32,000 nucleotides of DNA from Methanothermobacter marburgensis str. Marburg (GCF_000145295.1 NC_014408.1:570001-602000); one strand, 5' to 3'; positions 1 through 8,082 are shown, counted from the stretch's first letter. Notes: generated by a model not told the origin, from the sequence alone. A program made the numbers and translations.

Positions 1-1
1 T

Positions 2-1078
2 GAGGATAGAAGGAACCTCATAGCTGAACACAACCTCCATGTGAGCTTTGCAGAGATAAGGAAGGTCCGCCAGGCAATTTATGATGGGAGCCTAATGGAA
101 CTTGTTGAGGAGAGATGCAGGGCACATCCAAGGCTCCTTGAGGGATACAGGAGGATGTCGGCTTACGTTGAACTCTCTGAGAGATTCGAGCCAAGGTCCA
201 AACGCTCAGCATTCTTCTACACTGGACCAGAATCACTGGGGCGTGTTGAGGTTCACAGGCATCTTCAGTGGGTTAAGAAAAACCTGAAGGGAAGGATGGC
301 CATCGCAGGCCCATCAAGGAAACCCTACTCATCCACTTTACCCTCCAGTATCAGTGGTTTTCGCTCAATGAAGCCCCAGGCTGATGGAGAATGGAGTGTT
401 GTGGTTGCAGACGTACCCTTTGGCCTCATACCCCTTGAACTTGATCAGGTCTATCCACTCGCCCAGAGCGATGCGCCGGGTATCATGGATCTGGAGGCCA
501 GGCACTTCCTGAGGGAACTGATACTCGACCTTGAGGGGGACGTGATCATCAGTGAGGACCTCTGCAGTGAACTTGGACTTCAGCTTCCACACCCCTATTC
601 TGGGGAGGTGGAGACCTATGTTGATGACCTTGACCGCATAAGGATGATTGCAGAGTACCAGTTCGGTGAGGGGGCCGGCGATGCCCTTTTCCCTGATGAT
701 GTGAGGATTGAGAGAAGCCGTAACACAGGGAAGATAAGGCACATCTACTCAGGAGAGAAACTGATATGCACCATGAGGGCATCTGACGGCCTATTCGTGC
801 TCTCAGCCGAGGGTGCCAGGAGGCTTCATGATGGCACAGCCTACCCCCGCTGCAGGGTGGCCGTGAATGAGGAGTCTGAACCATTTGCAAGGGAGGGCAG
901 GAGTGTATTTGCAAAGTTTATAATTGACTGCGACAATAATATAAGGGCCGGTGATGAAGTTTTAATTGTTAATGCTCATGATGAACTTCTGGCCACAGGC
1001 AGGGCACTTCTCTGTGCCGAGGAGATGATGGACCTCAACCATGGTCAGGCAGTGAAAACCAGGAAAGGAGGATTTTAA
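2..1078 (+). CDS. tgtA: archaeosine tRNA-guanine transglycosylase, C-terminal part (5' end lies upstream of the window)
   Basis: The reading frame is open from base 2, with no stop before the first ATG at 41, so the gene enters the window already running. AEHNLHVSFAEIRKVRQAI...RAHPRLL resembles the end of the TGT barrel/C1 region. The last ~75 aa (RCRVAVNEESEPFAREGRSVFAKFI..GDEVLIVN..LLATGRAL) look like a PUA domain. The ArcS/TgtA2 paralog cannot be excluded from this fragment. Confidence 0.7.
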   Translation, partial: EDRRNLIAEHNLHVSFAEIRKVRQAIYDGSLMELVEERCRAHPRLLEGYRRMSAYVELSERFEPRSKRSAFFYTGPESLGRVEVHRHLQWVKKNLKGRMAIAGPSRKPYSSTLPSSISGFRSMKPQADGEWSVVVADVPFGLIPLELDQVYPLAQSDAPGIMDLEARHFLRELILDLEGDVIISEDLCSELGLQLPHPYSGEVETYVDDLDRIRMIAEYQFGEGAGDALFPDDVRIERSRNTGKIRHIYSGEKLICTMRASDGLFVLSAEGARRLHDGTAYPRCRVAVNEESEPFAREGRSVFAKFIIDCDNNIRAGDEVLIVNAHDELLATGRALLCAEEMMDLNHGQAVKTRKGGF

Positions 1079-1432
1079 ATGATACCGGGCATGGGAATGA
1101 ACCCAAAGCAGCTGAAACAGATGCAGAGGGCAATGAAGCAGATGGGAATGGATATGAAGGACCTCCGTGGCGTTGAGGAGGTTGTGATCAAACTCAAGAA
1201 GAAGGAGATCATAATAAAAAATCCCCGCGTGAATGTCATGGACTTCATGGGCCAGAAGACCTATCAGGTGACCGGCAAGGCCCGTGAATGTGACCTTGAA
1301 GCTGAGGTTAAGATACCCGATGATGACATTGAACTTGTCATGAACCAGACCGGTGTAAGCCGGGAGGAAGCCACCAGGGCCCTTCAGGAAACCGGGGGTG
1401 ACCTGGCAGAGGCCATTATGAGGTTGAGCTGA
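1079..1432 (+). CDS. nac: nascent polypeptide-associated complex protein (NAC alpha homolog with C-terminal UBA-like domain)
   Basis: The start abuts the tgtA stop with 0 nt gap. The N-terminus MNPKQLKQMQRAMKQMGMDM and the NAC beta-barrel core (EEVVIKLKKKEIIIKNPRVNVMDFMGQKTYQVTG) are present. The C-terminal LVMNQTGVSREEATRALQETGGDLAEAIMRL is UBA-like. Confidence 0.9.
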   Translation: MIPGMGMNPKQLKQMQRAMKQMGMDMKDLRGVEEVVIKLKKKEIIIKNPRVNVMDFMGQKTYQVTGKARECDLEAEVKIPDDDIELVMNQTGVSREEATRALQETGGDLAEAIMRLS

Positions 1433-2169
1433 TGGTCTTAATAGCCCATATCTCGGATCTCCATGTGGGCGCACCCAACTTCAAGGAGGACATACTCCTT
1501 GAGGCCATAAGACAGATAAATGAGCTTAAACCTGACGCAACCGTTATAACCGGTGACCTTACAGATAACGGCTACTACCTTGAATTCCTGCAGGCCGCCG
1601 AGTACCTCAGCGACCTCAAGGGGCCCCACATATTTGTTCCAGGGAACCATGATGCAAGACATGTGGGAAACGAGACCTTTGAGGATGTCTTCAGGTACAG
1701 GAAGGGGACCTTTGTGATGGATGACCTCACAATAATAGGACTTGACAGCAGTGAGCCTGATCTCGACTACGGCAAGATAGGGAGGTCCCAGCAGATCTGG
1801 ATGGAGGAGGAACTTGAGAGGGCCTCAGAGAGGGGACATTTCAGGGTTATAGCCCTCCACCACCACATAATACCTGTTCCCAAGACAGGCCGTGAGAGGA
1901 ACGTACTTGCAGATGCAGGGGACATACTCTATTCAATAATCAGGAAGGGCGCTGACCTGGTGATATCAGGCCACAAGCATGTCCCCCATGTCTGGAGGGT
2001 TGAGGACACTTTCTTTGTAACCGCCGGGACGGTTTCATCCCTTAAACTGAGGGGTAAAGATATTAATTCATATAATACATATTACATTACTGAGGATTCT
2101 ATAAGAATAGTTCTCAACCAGGTTCAGGGAGAAAGGATTGAACTGGCATCCCACAGCCTGCGGGAATAA
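1432..2169 (+). CDS. calcineurin-like metallophosphoesterase (Icc/CpdA-like motif set)
   Basis: The start overlaps the nac stop by 1 nt (TGATG). The full phosphoesterase motif series is present: SDLH (DxH), TGDLTD (GD), GNHD, ALHHH and SGHKH (GHxH). Confidence 0.85.
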   Translation: MVLIAHISDLHVGAPNFKEDILLEAIRQINELKPDATVITGDLTDNGYYLEFLQAAEYLSDLKGPHIFVPGNHDARHVGNETFEDVFRYRKGTFVMDDLTIIGLDSSEPDLDYGKIGRSQQIWMEEELERASERGHFRVIALHHHIIPVPKTGRERNVLADAGDILYSIIRKGADLVISGHKHVPHVWRVEDTFFVTAGTVSSLKLRGKDINSYNTYYITEDSIRIVLNQVQGERIELASHSLRE

Positions 2170-2187
2170 TCTCATTCAGGTGGTTAC

Positions 2188-3213
2188 TTGAGGGTAATTA
2201 TAGATGCATCGAACGTCGCCCATTCAAGGAAAAACGACGATGATAGGCCATGCATAGAGAATATACTGTCAGCGGCAGAGGAGCTTGAAAAACTCGGCTA
2301 TGAACCTGTTATAATTGCCGATGCATCCCTGCGACATGAGATAGATGATAAGGAGAAGTTCAGGAAACTCCTTGAGGAGGGGAAATTCCAGCAGGTTCCC
2401 TCAGGTACCACGGCTGATCACTTCATACTCAAGATGGCAGAGGAGGAGGATGCCAAGATACTCTCAAATGATGTATTCAGGGAGTACAAGGACGAGTTTC
2501 AGGACATAAACAGCAGGAGGATACCCTACACATTCAGGGATGACAGGATCCTCATAGGGACCTCTGGAAAGCCAAAGAAGGTTAAGAACATCCTCCAGAA
2601 AATCTGTAACGAGGCCCTCAAGGAATTCGAGAAGAAGAGGATAGACTCATATAAGGCCAAAAGGGGCAAGAAACTAAGCGGGATAGCCATAGCCAAGGAG
2701 GCCATTGACAGAATAAGCAGGAGTCAGGAGGAAGGCCTTGAACCCAAGCTTGAGGGTATATTCATGAAGCTCCCCCTCTTTGAGAAGTTCATGAGCATGG
2801 TGGAGGAGGTGGAGCGGACCAGCAACTACATAATATTCGTGCTGGTGCACCCCAGGGACTACAGGGAGGCGGTGAAGTACGCAGGTAACATTGCTGTAAC
2901 GGTTGGTGACAGGCTCAAACTGGAGCACGCCCCCCTGGTGGCTGTAAGGAACGACCTCTTCCTGAAACCAGGCACATTTGAACTGAACATAATGTACTCT
3001 GAGGACGTCATGGAGGAGGCCCCCTACAACGTTAACATAACCATAAATGATCATGATTACAGTTTTGTTAAGAAGAACTCAAGGAACATAGCAAGCACAA
3101 TCGCAGCCAGGATAGGATCATGGAGGTTCCCCATAGTATCTGTTAAACCCAGCATGCTGCTTGAGAAGCCAGGGGAATTCGATGTGGTTCTTGAAAAGGG
3201 AGGCAATGATTGA
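2188..3213 (+). CDS. Zc3h12a-like NYN-domain ribonuclease with uncharacterised ~150-aa C-terminal domain
   Basis: TTG start 6 nt after AGGTGG. The N-terminal ~125 aa match the NYN/Zc3h12a pattern: VIIDASNVAH, PVIIADASLRH, TTADHFILKMA, AKILSNDVFREY, with the acidic residues retained. A Lys-rich linker follows, then a C-terminal domain with no motif I recognise. Confidence 0.8.
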   Translation: MRVIIDASNVAHSRKNDDDRPCIENILSAAEELEKLGYEPVIIADASLRHEIDDKEKFRKLLEEGKFQQVPSGTTADHFILKMAEEEDAKILSNDVFREYKDEFQDINSRRIPYTFRDDRILIGTSGKPKKVKNILQKICNEALKEFEKKRIDSYKAKRGKKLSGIAIAKEAIDRISRSQEEGLEPKLEGIFMKLPLFEKFMSMVEEVERTSNYIIFVLVHPRDYREAVKYAGNIAVTVGDRLKLEHAPLVAVRNDLFLKPGTFELNIMYSEDVMEEAPYNVNITINDHDYSFVKKNSRNIASTIAARIGSWRFPIVSVKPSMLLEKPGEFDVVLEKGGND

Positions 3214-4418
3214 TGGTCATGGATTATCTGCTAAGGAAGATACTGGGATTTTTCATAGGACACAGGGTTCTGAGTATCGGGACCAAGTACATGCCCACCA
3301 ACAGTACAGAAAGGGAATACGTGGACATGCTCAACTACACAAAGACGATGCTCATAGAGATAGAAAGGGCCCATATCAACACCAGCAACATCTTCGATAA
3401 CCTCACAAGGGAACTTGGAACTGACAACATCCCCAAGAACAGAAAGTTCATTGAACTCAAACCTGCAGAGAACAGGGTTGACGAGTATGCGCTCCTCAGC
3501 AACATAATAATGGGAAGCGACCGCTACCTCTACATTGAGGTCTTCAACGGCGGGCGCATAATGGATGAATTTGTGTCCATAATAGAGAAGGAGAAGGGGA
3601 GGATCATCGAGAAGAGTTCAAGCGAGATACTCGCAAGGTTCCTCTCCAAGAACGACGCCATAAGGGTCGCCATAAAACTGATAGGCGCAGGGAGCAAAAG
3701 GGGGATAAATGTCAGGGCCGCCGCCGGAATGACGGGGGCCGCGGCAATTGAGAGGGCCATAAACCTCAACAGGGAGATAGGTGAGGTCCCAGGTGTTGGT
3801 TTCACAAAGCTGGGAGGGGAATTTGCGATAATATTCACCAGTGAATTCGAACCACTCTCAGGCAGCCCCTCATACCGTGACAACTACCTCTTCATTGACA
3901 TGATCGACTCAACAGGCTTCATAGAGAGGTTTGGCCGTGACAGCCTTGTTGAGATAATGAACGATATAAAGGCCTACATGGAGAATGACTGCAGGGGAAA
4001 GATCGAGGGTTACCGTGAGGGCGGGGACGACCTCATAGCAAACTTTCCCACAAAGGACATGGCTCTGAGGGCGGGGATAGATTCCGCATGGCATGCAATG
4101 GACAACGGAGCCAACATAAGGGTGGGTATCGGGAAGACCAGGCGGGAGGCCGGTGAAAGGGCCCAGATTGCCGACAGCATAAAGCTCTGGAACCCCACAT
4201 CAATCATGATATTTGATGTTGCAGATGGAATATACGGCTACTTCATCCCTTCACCCTTCACAAGGTCTGTTATTGACTTTCTGATGCATAAGAAGTCTGT
4301 GGCGCTCCTGGTGTTTGTATTTGTGTTCGTGGCAACCTTCCTTGGCTGGAATATGGGGCACTGGGAGTTTGGTCTTATCGCAATCCTCCTTGCCGTTATC
4401 TATGCGGCCACGGCATGA
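3210..4418 (+). CDS. membrane-anchored protein with cyclase/GGDEF/Cas10-like palm domain (GGDD motif), probably a tandem palm with a degenerate N-terminal copy
   Basis: The start is TTG 3210 or ATG 3213, and either overlaps the upstream stop (TGATG). Residues ~225-335 read YLFIDMIDSTGF..(30 aa)..YREGGDDLIANFPT..ALRAGIDSAWHA..IRVGIGKT..AGERAQIADS. This gives the order and spacing of a nucleotidyl cyclase/GGDEF palm, with the GGDD codons at 4020-4031. Two C-terminal hydrophobic helices are present (VALLVFVFVFVATFLGW, FGLIAILLAVIYAA). That it is a CDS is solid. The family assignment is by eye only. Confidence 0.7.
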   Translation: MMVMDYLLRKILGFFIGHRVLSIGTKYMPTNSTEREYVDMLNYTKTMLIEIERAHINTSNIFDNLTRELGTDNIPKNRKFIELKPAENRVDEYALLSNIIMGSDRYLYIEVFNGGRIMDEFVSIIEKEKGRIIEKSSSEILARFLSKNDAIRVAIKLIGAGSKRGINVRAAAGMTGAAAIERAINLNREIGEVPGVGFTKLGGEFAIIFTSEFEPLSGSPSYRDNYLFIDMIDSTGFIERFGRDSLVEIMNDIKAYMENDCRGKIEGYREGGDDLIANFPTKDMALRAGIDSAWHAMDNGANIRVGIGKTRREAGERAQIADSIKLWNPTSIMIFDVADGIYGYFIPSPFTRSVIDFLMHKKSVALLVFVFVFVATFLGWNMGHWEFGLIAILLAVIYAATA

Positions 4419-4435
4419 AAAGGAAAGTTATTTAA
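4418..4435 (+). promoter_or_regulatory. BRE/TATA-like element (AAAAGGAAAG-TTATTTAA) upstream of the small ORF/argJ/argB unit
   Basis: A purine-rich tract followed by TTATTTAA at 4428-4435, ~35 nt upstream of ATG 4469. No other AT-rich box lies before argJ. Confidence 0.4.
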
Positions 4436-4468
4436 GGGTACTTCAAGATAATAATAAGGGGAATTGAA

Positions 4469-4756
4469 ATGAGACCTGAAACCGAGGCTAAAATTATTGT
4501 TAGCTTCCTGATTTCCCTCATAGCATTTGGCTGCGGGTCAGGTCTGGGCATTGTTATAGGTCTTTCCAACGATAATATTACTGCAGTGGATATTAACGAT
4601 ACTCCATCCAGTGATGTCCAGCTCTCCCCCAGCAGCACCAACCACCTGCCCCTCAACGGGATAAAGGAGCGCGGCAGGGAGGAAGCCCAGAACAGTTACG
4701 GGGAAGTCAATGTTGTTAACAGCAACCAGGGGTCCTCCAACAATACAACCTTCTGA
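4469..4756 (+). CDS. small hypothetical single-pass membrane protein
   Basis: ATG preceded by AAGGGG. There is one clear TM helix (IIVSFLISLIAFGCGSGLGIVIGL) followed by a Ser/Asn/Thr-rich tail. It has its own BRE/TATA-like element upstream. No recognisable family. Confidence 0.45.
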   Translation: MRPETEAKIIVSFLISLIAFGCGSGLGIVIGLSNDNITAVDINDTPSSDVQLSPSSTNHLPLNGIKERGREEAQNSYGEVNVVNSNQGSSNNTTF

Positions 4757-4772
4757 GGGGATCCCACTGAAC

Positions 4773-4779
4773 TTTTTTT
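4773..4779 (+). terminator. T7 tract between the small ORF and argJ
   Basis: ACTTTTTTTGG lies 17 nt after the stop at 4756 and immediately before the argJ start region. It could be a partial or leaky terminator or an attenuator. Confidence 0.35.
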
Positions 4780-5995
4780 GGTAGGAGTGGATACTGTGAA
4801 AATCAGGTTTATTGAAGGCGGGGTCTGCGCTGTTGATGGAGTGCTCGCTGCAGGTTGCCGCGAAGGTAAATATGGCGTTGGGCTTATCGTCACCAGAAAA
4901 GCAACTGCAGCGGGTGTTTTAACATCCAACAGGGTCCGGGCAGAACCTGTTAAATTGACAGAGAAGGTCCTTGAGGGCGGCAGAATTTCAGCCATAGTTG
5001 CAAACAGTGGAAACGCCAACTGTTTTACAGGAAGAGACGGGATGGATGATGCCCTCAGGATGGCCAGGGTAACAGCAGAATCCCTGCAGGTGGATGCCGG
5101 TGAGGTTGCGGTTGCATCAACTGGCGTTATAGGAAGGAGGATGCCCATCAGGAAGATCGAGTCCCTCATAAGAATGGCTGCAGATCAACTTGAAAACTCC
5201 CCGGAAGCCTCAGGGAACCTTGCATCTGCAATAATGACCACAGACACATTCCCCAAGGAGGTTGCGGTGGAGTTCCAGCTTGAAGGCGGTGAGACCGCCC
5301 GTATAGGTGCTGTTGCCAAGGGTTCAGGTATGATAGCCCCAAACATGGCCACAATGCTCTCCTTCATAACAACTGATGTTGATGCATCACCTTCAGAGCT
5401 CAGGGAGGCCCTCAGGAGGGCTGTTGACGACACCTTCAACATGCTCATAGTGGACGGTGATGAAAGCACCAATGACATGGTTATAATGGCATCAACCTGC
5501 AAATCAGGGAGGATAGATGAGAACTTCACTGAGGCCCTTGGGGTCGTCTGCAGGGAACTTGCCCGTATGATGGCACGTGACGGTGAGGGGGCCACCAAGT
5601 CATTCCAGGTCGATGTTGTGAATGCCAGGACACGGGAGGATGCAAGGAGGGCCGCCAGGGCAATCGCAGGTTCATCCCTCGTTAAGACGGCAATATTTGG
5701 GGCCGACCCCAACTGGGGACGTATAGTTGCGGCTGCAGGATATTCAGGTGCAGAGTTCGACCCCGACAGGATAAGTGTGACCCTAGAATCTGAGAACGGA
5801 TCTGTGGGAATAGTTGAGGAGGGGGATGTACTGGCCTTTGAGGGCAAACCTGAACTTGAACTTGCAGAGAGGATAATGGGTGATGATGAGATAAGGATAA
5901 CAGTTGACCTCAACGCCGGCAGTGAATCGGCAACTGCATACGGCTGTGATCTCACCTATGACTATGTGAGGATAAATGCTGAGTATACTACTTAA
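4778..5995 (+). CDS. argJ: bifunctional ornithine acetyltransferase / N-acetylglutamate synthase ArgJ
   Basis: Autoproteolytic site context KGSGMIAPNMATMLSFITTD. Family blocks DGDESTND and DPNWGRIVAAAG, and the C-terminal DLTYDYVRINAEYTT. The true start is more likely GTG 4787 or 4796, after GGAGTG, than the TTG at 4778, which lies inside a T7 tract. Confidence 0.93.
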   Translation: MVGVDTVKIRFIEGGVCAVDGVLAAGCREGKYGVGLIVTRKATAAGVLTSNRVRAEPVKLTEKVLEGGRISAIVANSGNANCFTGRDGMDDALRMARVTAESLQVDAGEVAVASTGVIGRRMPIRKIESLIRMAADQLENSPEASGNLASAIMTTDTFPKEVAVEFQLEGGETARIGAVAKGSGMIAPNMATMLSFITTDVDASPSELREALRRAVDDTFNMLIVDGDESTNDMVIMASTCKSGRIDENFTEALGVVCRELARMMARDGEGATKSFQVDVVNARTREDARRAARAIAGSSLVKTAIFGADPNWGRIVAAAGYSGAEFDPDRISVTLESENGSVGIVEEGDVLAFEGKPELELAERIMGDDEIRITVDLNAGSESATAYGCDLTYDYVRINAEYTT

Positions 5996-6028
5996 AGTGA
6001 TGTATTTATTGTGGTGAAGGGTGTTTGA

Positions 6029-6910
6029 ATGAAGACCGTTAACATTCTGGTGGAGGCACTCCCCTACATCAAGAAGTTTCACAAGAAGAAGATAATGATA
6101 AAGTATGGCGGCCACGCCATGATAGATGAGGCTGCAATGGACTCGACCGCACGGGATACTGTGCTGTTGAAGTATGTGGGTATGGAGCCGGTGGTTGTCC
6201 ATGGAGGCGGCCCTGAGATTTCAAGGGCCATGAACAAGATGGGCAAGGAGCCAAGGTTCATAGAGGGCCTCAGGGTTACAGATGAGGAGACCATGGAGAT
6301 CGTCAAGATGGTTCTTGTGGGTAAGATAAACACGAGCATCGTCTCAAAGATATGCTACCATGGAGGAAGGGCCATAGGACTGTCAGGTAAGGACAGCAAC
6401 CTTCTCCTTGCAAAAAAGAGGGCTCCACATGTTGTTAAGGATAGTGAAACAGGTGAGAGAAGGGAGATAGACCTTGGACTTGTGGGTGAAATTGAATCAG
6501 TGGACCCAAGCATAATCAACATGCTCACAGATAACAACTACATCCCTGTGATATCACCCATCGGTGTTGACAGGAACGCCAACACACTGAACCTCAATGC
6601 AGATACGGTTGCAGGTGAGGTTGCAGCGGGTATAGGGGCAGAGAAGCTTATAGTCTTAACAGATGTGCCTGGAATACTCGAGGACCCCTCAGATCCCGAC
6701 ACCCTCATAAGGAAGGTGACTGTTGATGAACTCAGCGACCTTGTAAAGAGCGGTATAGTGGAGGGGGGGATGCTCCCCAAGACACTCACATGCATACAGG
6801 CCATAAATGATGGTGTCTCCTCAGCCCATATAATAGATGGAAGGGTTGAGCACTCACTTCTACTTGAAATATTCACAAAGAAGGGAATCGGGACCATGAT
6901 AACCAAGTGA
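6029..6910 (+). CDS. argB: acetylglutamate kinase
   Basis: Amino-acid kinase family blocks: [43 protein letters not shown], and LTDVPGIL followed by GGMLPK. Confidence 0.95.
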   Translation: MKTVNILVEALPYIKKFHKKKIMIKYGGHAMIDEAAMDSTARDTVLLKYVGMEPVVVHGGGPEISRAMNKMGKEPRFIEGLRVTDEETMEIVKMVLVGKINTSIVSKICYHGGRAIGLSGKDSNLLLAKKRAPHVVKDSETGERREIDLGLVGEIESVDPSIINMLTDNNYIPVISPIGVDRNANTLNLNADTVAGEVAAGIGAEKLIVLTDVPGILEDPSDPDTLIRKVTVDELSDLVKSGIVEGGMLPKTLTCIQAINDGVSSAHIIDGRVEHSLLLEIFTKKGIGTMITK

Positions 6911-6940
6911 TTGCTTCATGGTCTCTCTTAATTTACTCAG

Positions 6941-7045
6941 CTAATTCCTTTTTTATGGCATGGGCCATTTCCATGGTACTGGCACTTCCTATTCATCTAA
7001 TTCCTTTTTTATGGCATGGGCCATTTCCATGGTACTGGCATTTCC
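6941..7045. repeat. 56-bp-period tandem duplication of the dehydrogenase gene 3' end (two copies, 48/49 identical core)
   Basis: 6941-6989 and 6997-7045 are identical over 44 nt and 48/49 overall. The second copy is the genuine 3' coding end of the minus-strand gene (..STMEMAHAIKKELDE*). The first copy lies just past the stop and would read ..SASTMEMAHAIKKELAE*, with its own TAA. Confidence 0.95.
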
Positions 7046-7978
7046 CCCAAGATCCGGTGTCATTATACCCTTAAGCAGAGTCCTTTCCAGTGCTTTCTGT
7101 ATTTTCTGTGCTTCCTGTGTTTTGTTTAGGTGTTTTAGCATGAGTGTTGTTGTTAGTATCATGGCTGTGGGGTTTGCTATGTTTTTTCCGGCTATCTGGG
7201 GTGCTGATCCGTGGACTGGTTCGAATATTGCGTTTTTTTCTCCTATATTTGCTGATGGCGCGAGTCCGAGTCCTCCTATGAGTCCTGCTGCTTCGTCTGA
7301 GACTATGTCCCCGAAGAGGTTGGTTGTGACCAGGACCTGGAATTCCTGGGGCTGTGTTATGAGGTACATGGCTGTGGCGTCCACGTAGTAGTCCTCTGCC
7401 TCCATCCCAGGGTACTTTGATGCCACCCGGTAGAATTCCTCCCTGAACACCCCATCGGTTTTTTTAAGGACATTTGCCTTGTGCACCGCGGTCACACGAG
7501 TCCACCCCTCCCTCTTAGCATACTCAAAGGCAAATCGACTTATCCTCCTGGATGCGGAGCGTGTTATGATCCTCCTTGCAACAGCCCCATCAGCGGTGAA
7601 CTCCTCATCACCCACATAGAGGTCCTCAGTGTTCTCCCTCACTATGACAAAGTCAAGGTCAGGGTAGAGGCACGGCACACCAGGAAGGGACTTCACAGGC
7701 CTCAAATTCGCAAAAAGATCAAGCTCACGCCTCAATGTAATAATGGCACTCTTCTGGCCGGGCACGGTTGTAACTGCACCAAAGAGTGTTGCATCGGACC
7801 TTCTGACGAGTTTCACTGTTTCCTCTGGTATGGTTTCACCGCACCTCATGAAGCACTCATTACCTGCCTCTGCATACACAAATTCCAGTTCAAGGTCCAG
7901 TCCTCCAAGAACGTGGAGGGCGGCTTCCATAACCTCCTTACCGATACCATCACCGGGTATAACTGTTATCCTGTACAT
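6989..7978 (-). CDS. isopropylmalate / homoisocitrate dehydrogenase family (beta-decarboxylating dehydrogenase)
   Basis: N-terminal ITVIPGDGIGKEV, then LFGAV, IVRENTEDLYVG, TNLFGDIVSDEAAGLIGGLGLAPSANIG and FEPVHGSAPQIAGKNIANP. I cannot tell LeuB from AksF by eye. Confidence 0.9.
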   Translation of the reverse strand: MYRITVIPGDGIGKEVMEAALHVLGGLDLELEFVYAEAGNECFMRCGETIPEETVKLVRRSDATLFGAVTTVPGQKSAIITLRRELDLFANLRPVKSLPGVPCLYPDLDFVIVRENTEDLYVGDEEFTADGAVARRIITRSASRRISRFAFEYAKREGWTRVTAVHKANVLKKTDGVFREEFYRVASKYPGMEAEDYYVDATAMYLITQPQEFQVLVTTNLFGDIVSDEAAGLIGGLGLAPSANIGEKNAIFEPVHGSAPQIAGKNIANPTAMILTTTLMLKHLNKTQEAQKIQKALERTLLKGIMTPDLGGNASTMEMAHAIKKELDE

Positions 7979-8025
7979 CTGAACACCTTAAGTTTAATTC
8001 CATGAATTCAGATTCCATGTGAGAT

Positions 8026-8041
8026 GGTATAATATTTAAGG
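8026..8041. promoter_or_regulatory. AT-rich TATA-like element in the divergent intergenic region (dehydrogenase on the minus strand, TPR gene on the plus strand)
   Basis: GGTATAATATTTAAGG. It lies ~50 nt upstream of the minus-strand ATG (7978) and ~45 nt upstream of ATG 8083. Its position argues that ATG 8047 is not the real TPR start. Confidence 0.45.
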
Positions 8042-8082
8042 ATCCTATGATAAAAGTATACCCAAGTGGGGGGAATTTTTTC

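Noticed and set aside
5185-5955. 256-aa ORF antisense to argJ, and similar long antisense ORFs at 962-1474, 4696-5169, 6960-7388, 7481-8005, 11232-11789, 15075-15867, 24860-25501, 27377-27862 and 31521-31991
   Set aside because: Each lies entirely opposite a gene with strong family motifs. Their products are low-complexity (Ser/Pro/Ala/Arg-rich), lack RBS or promoter context and show no recognisable domains. They are the typical shadow ORFs produced by codon bias.
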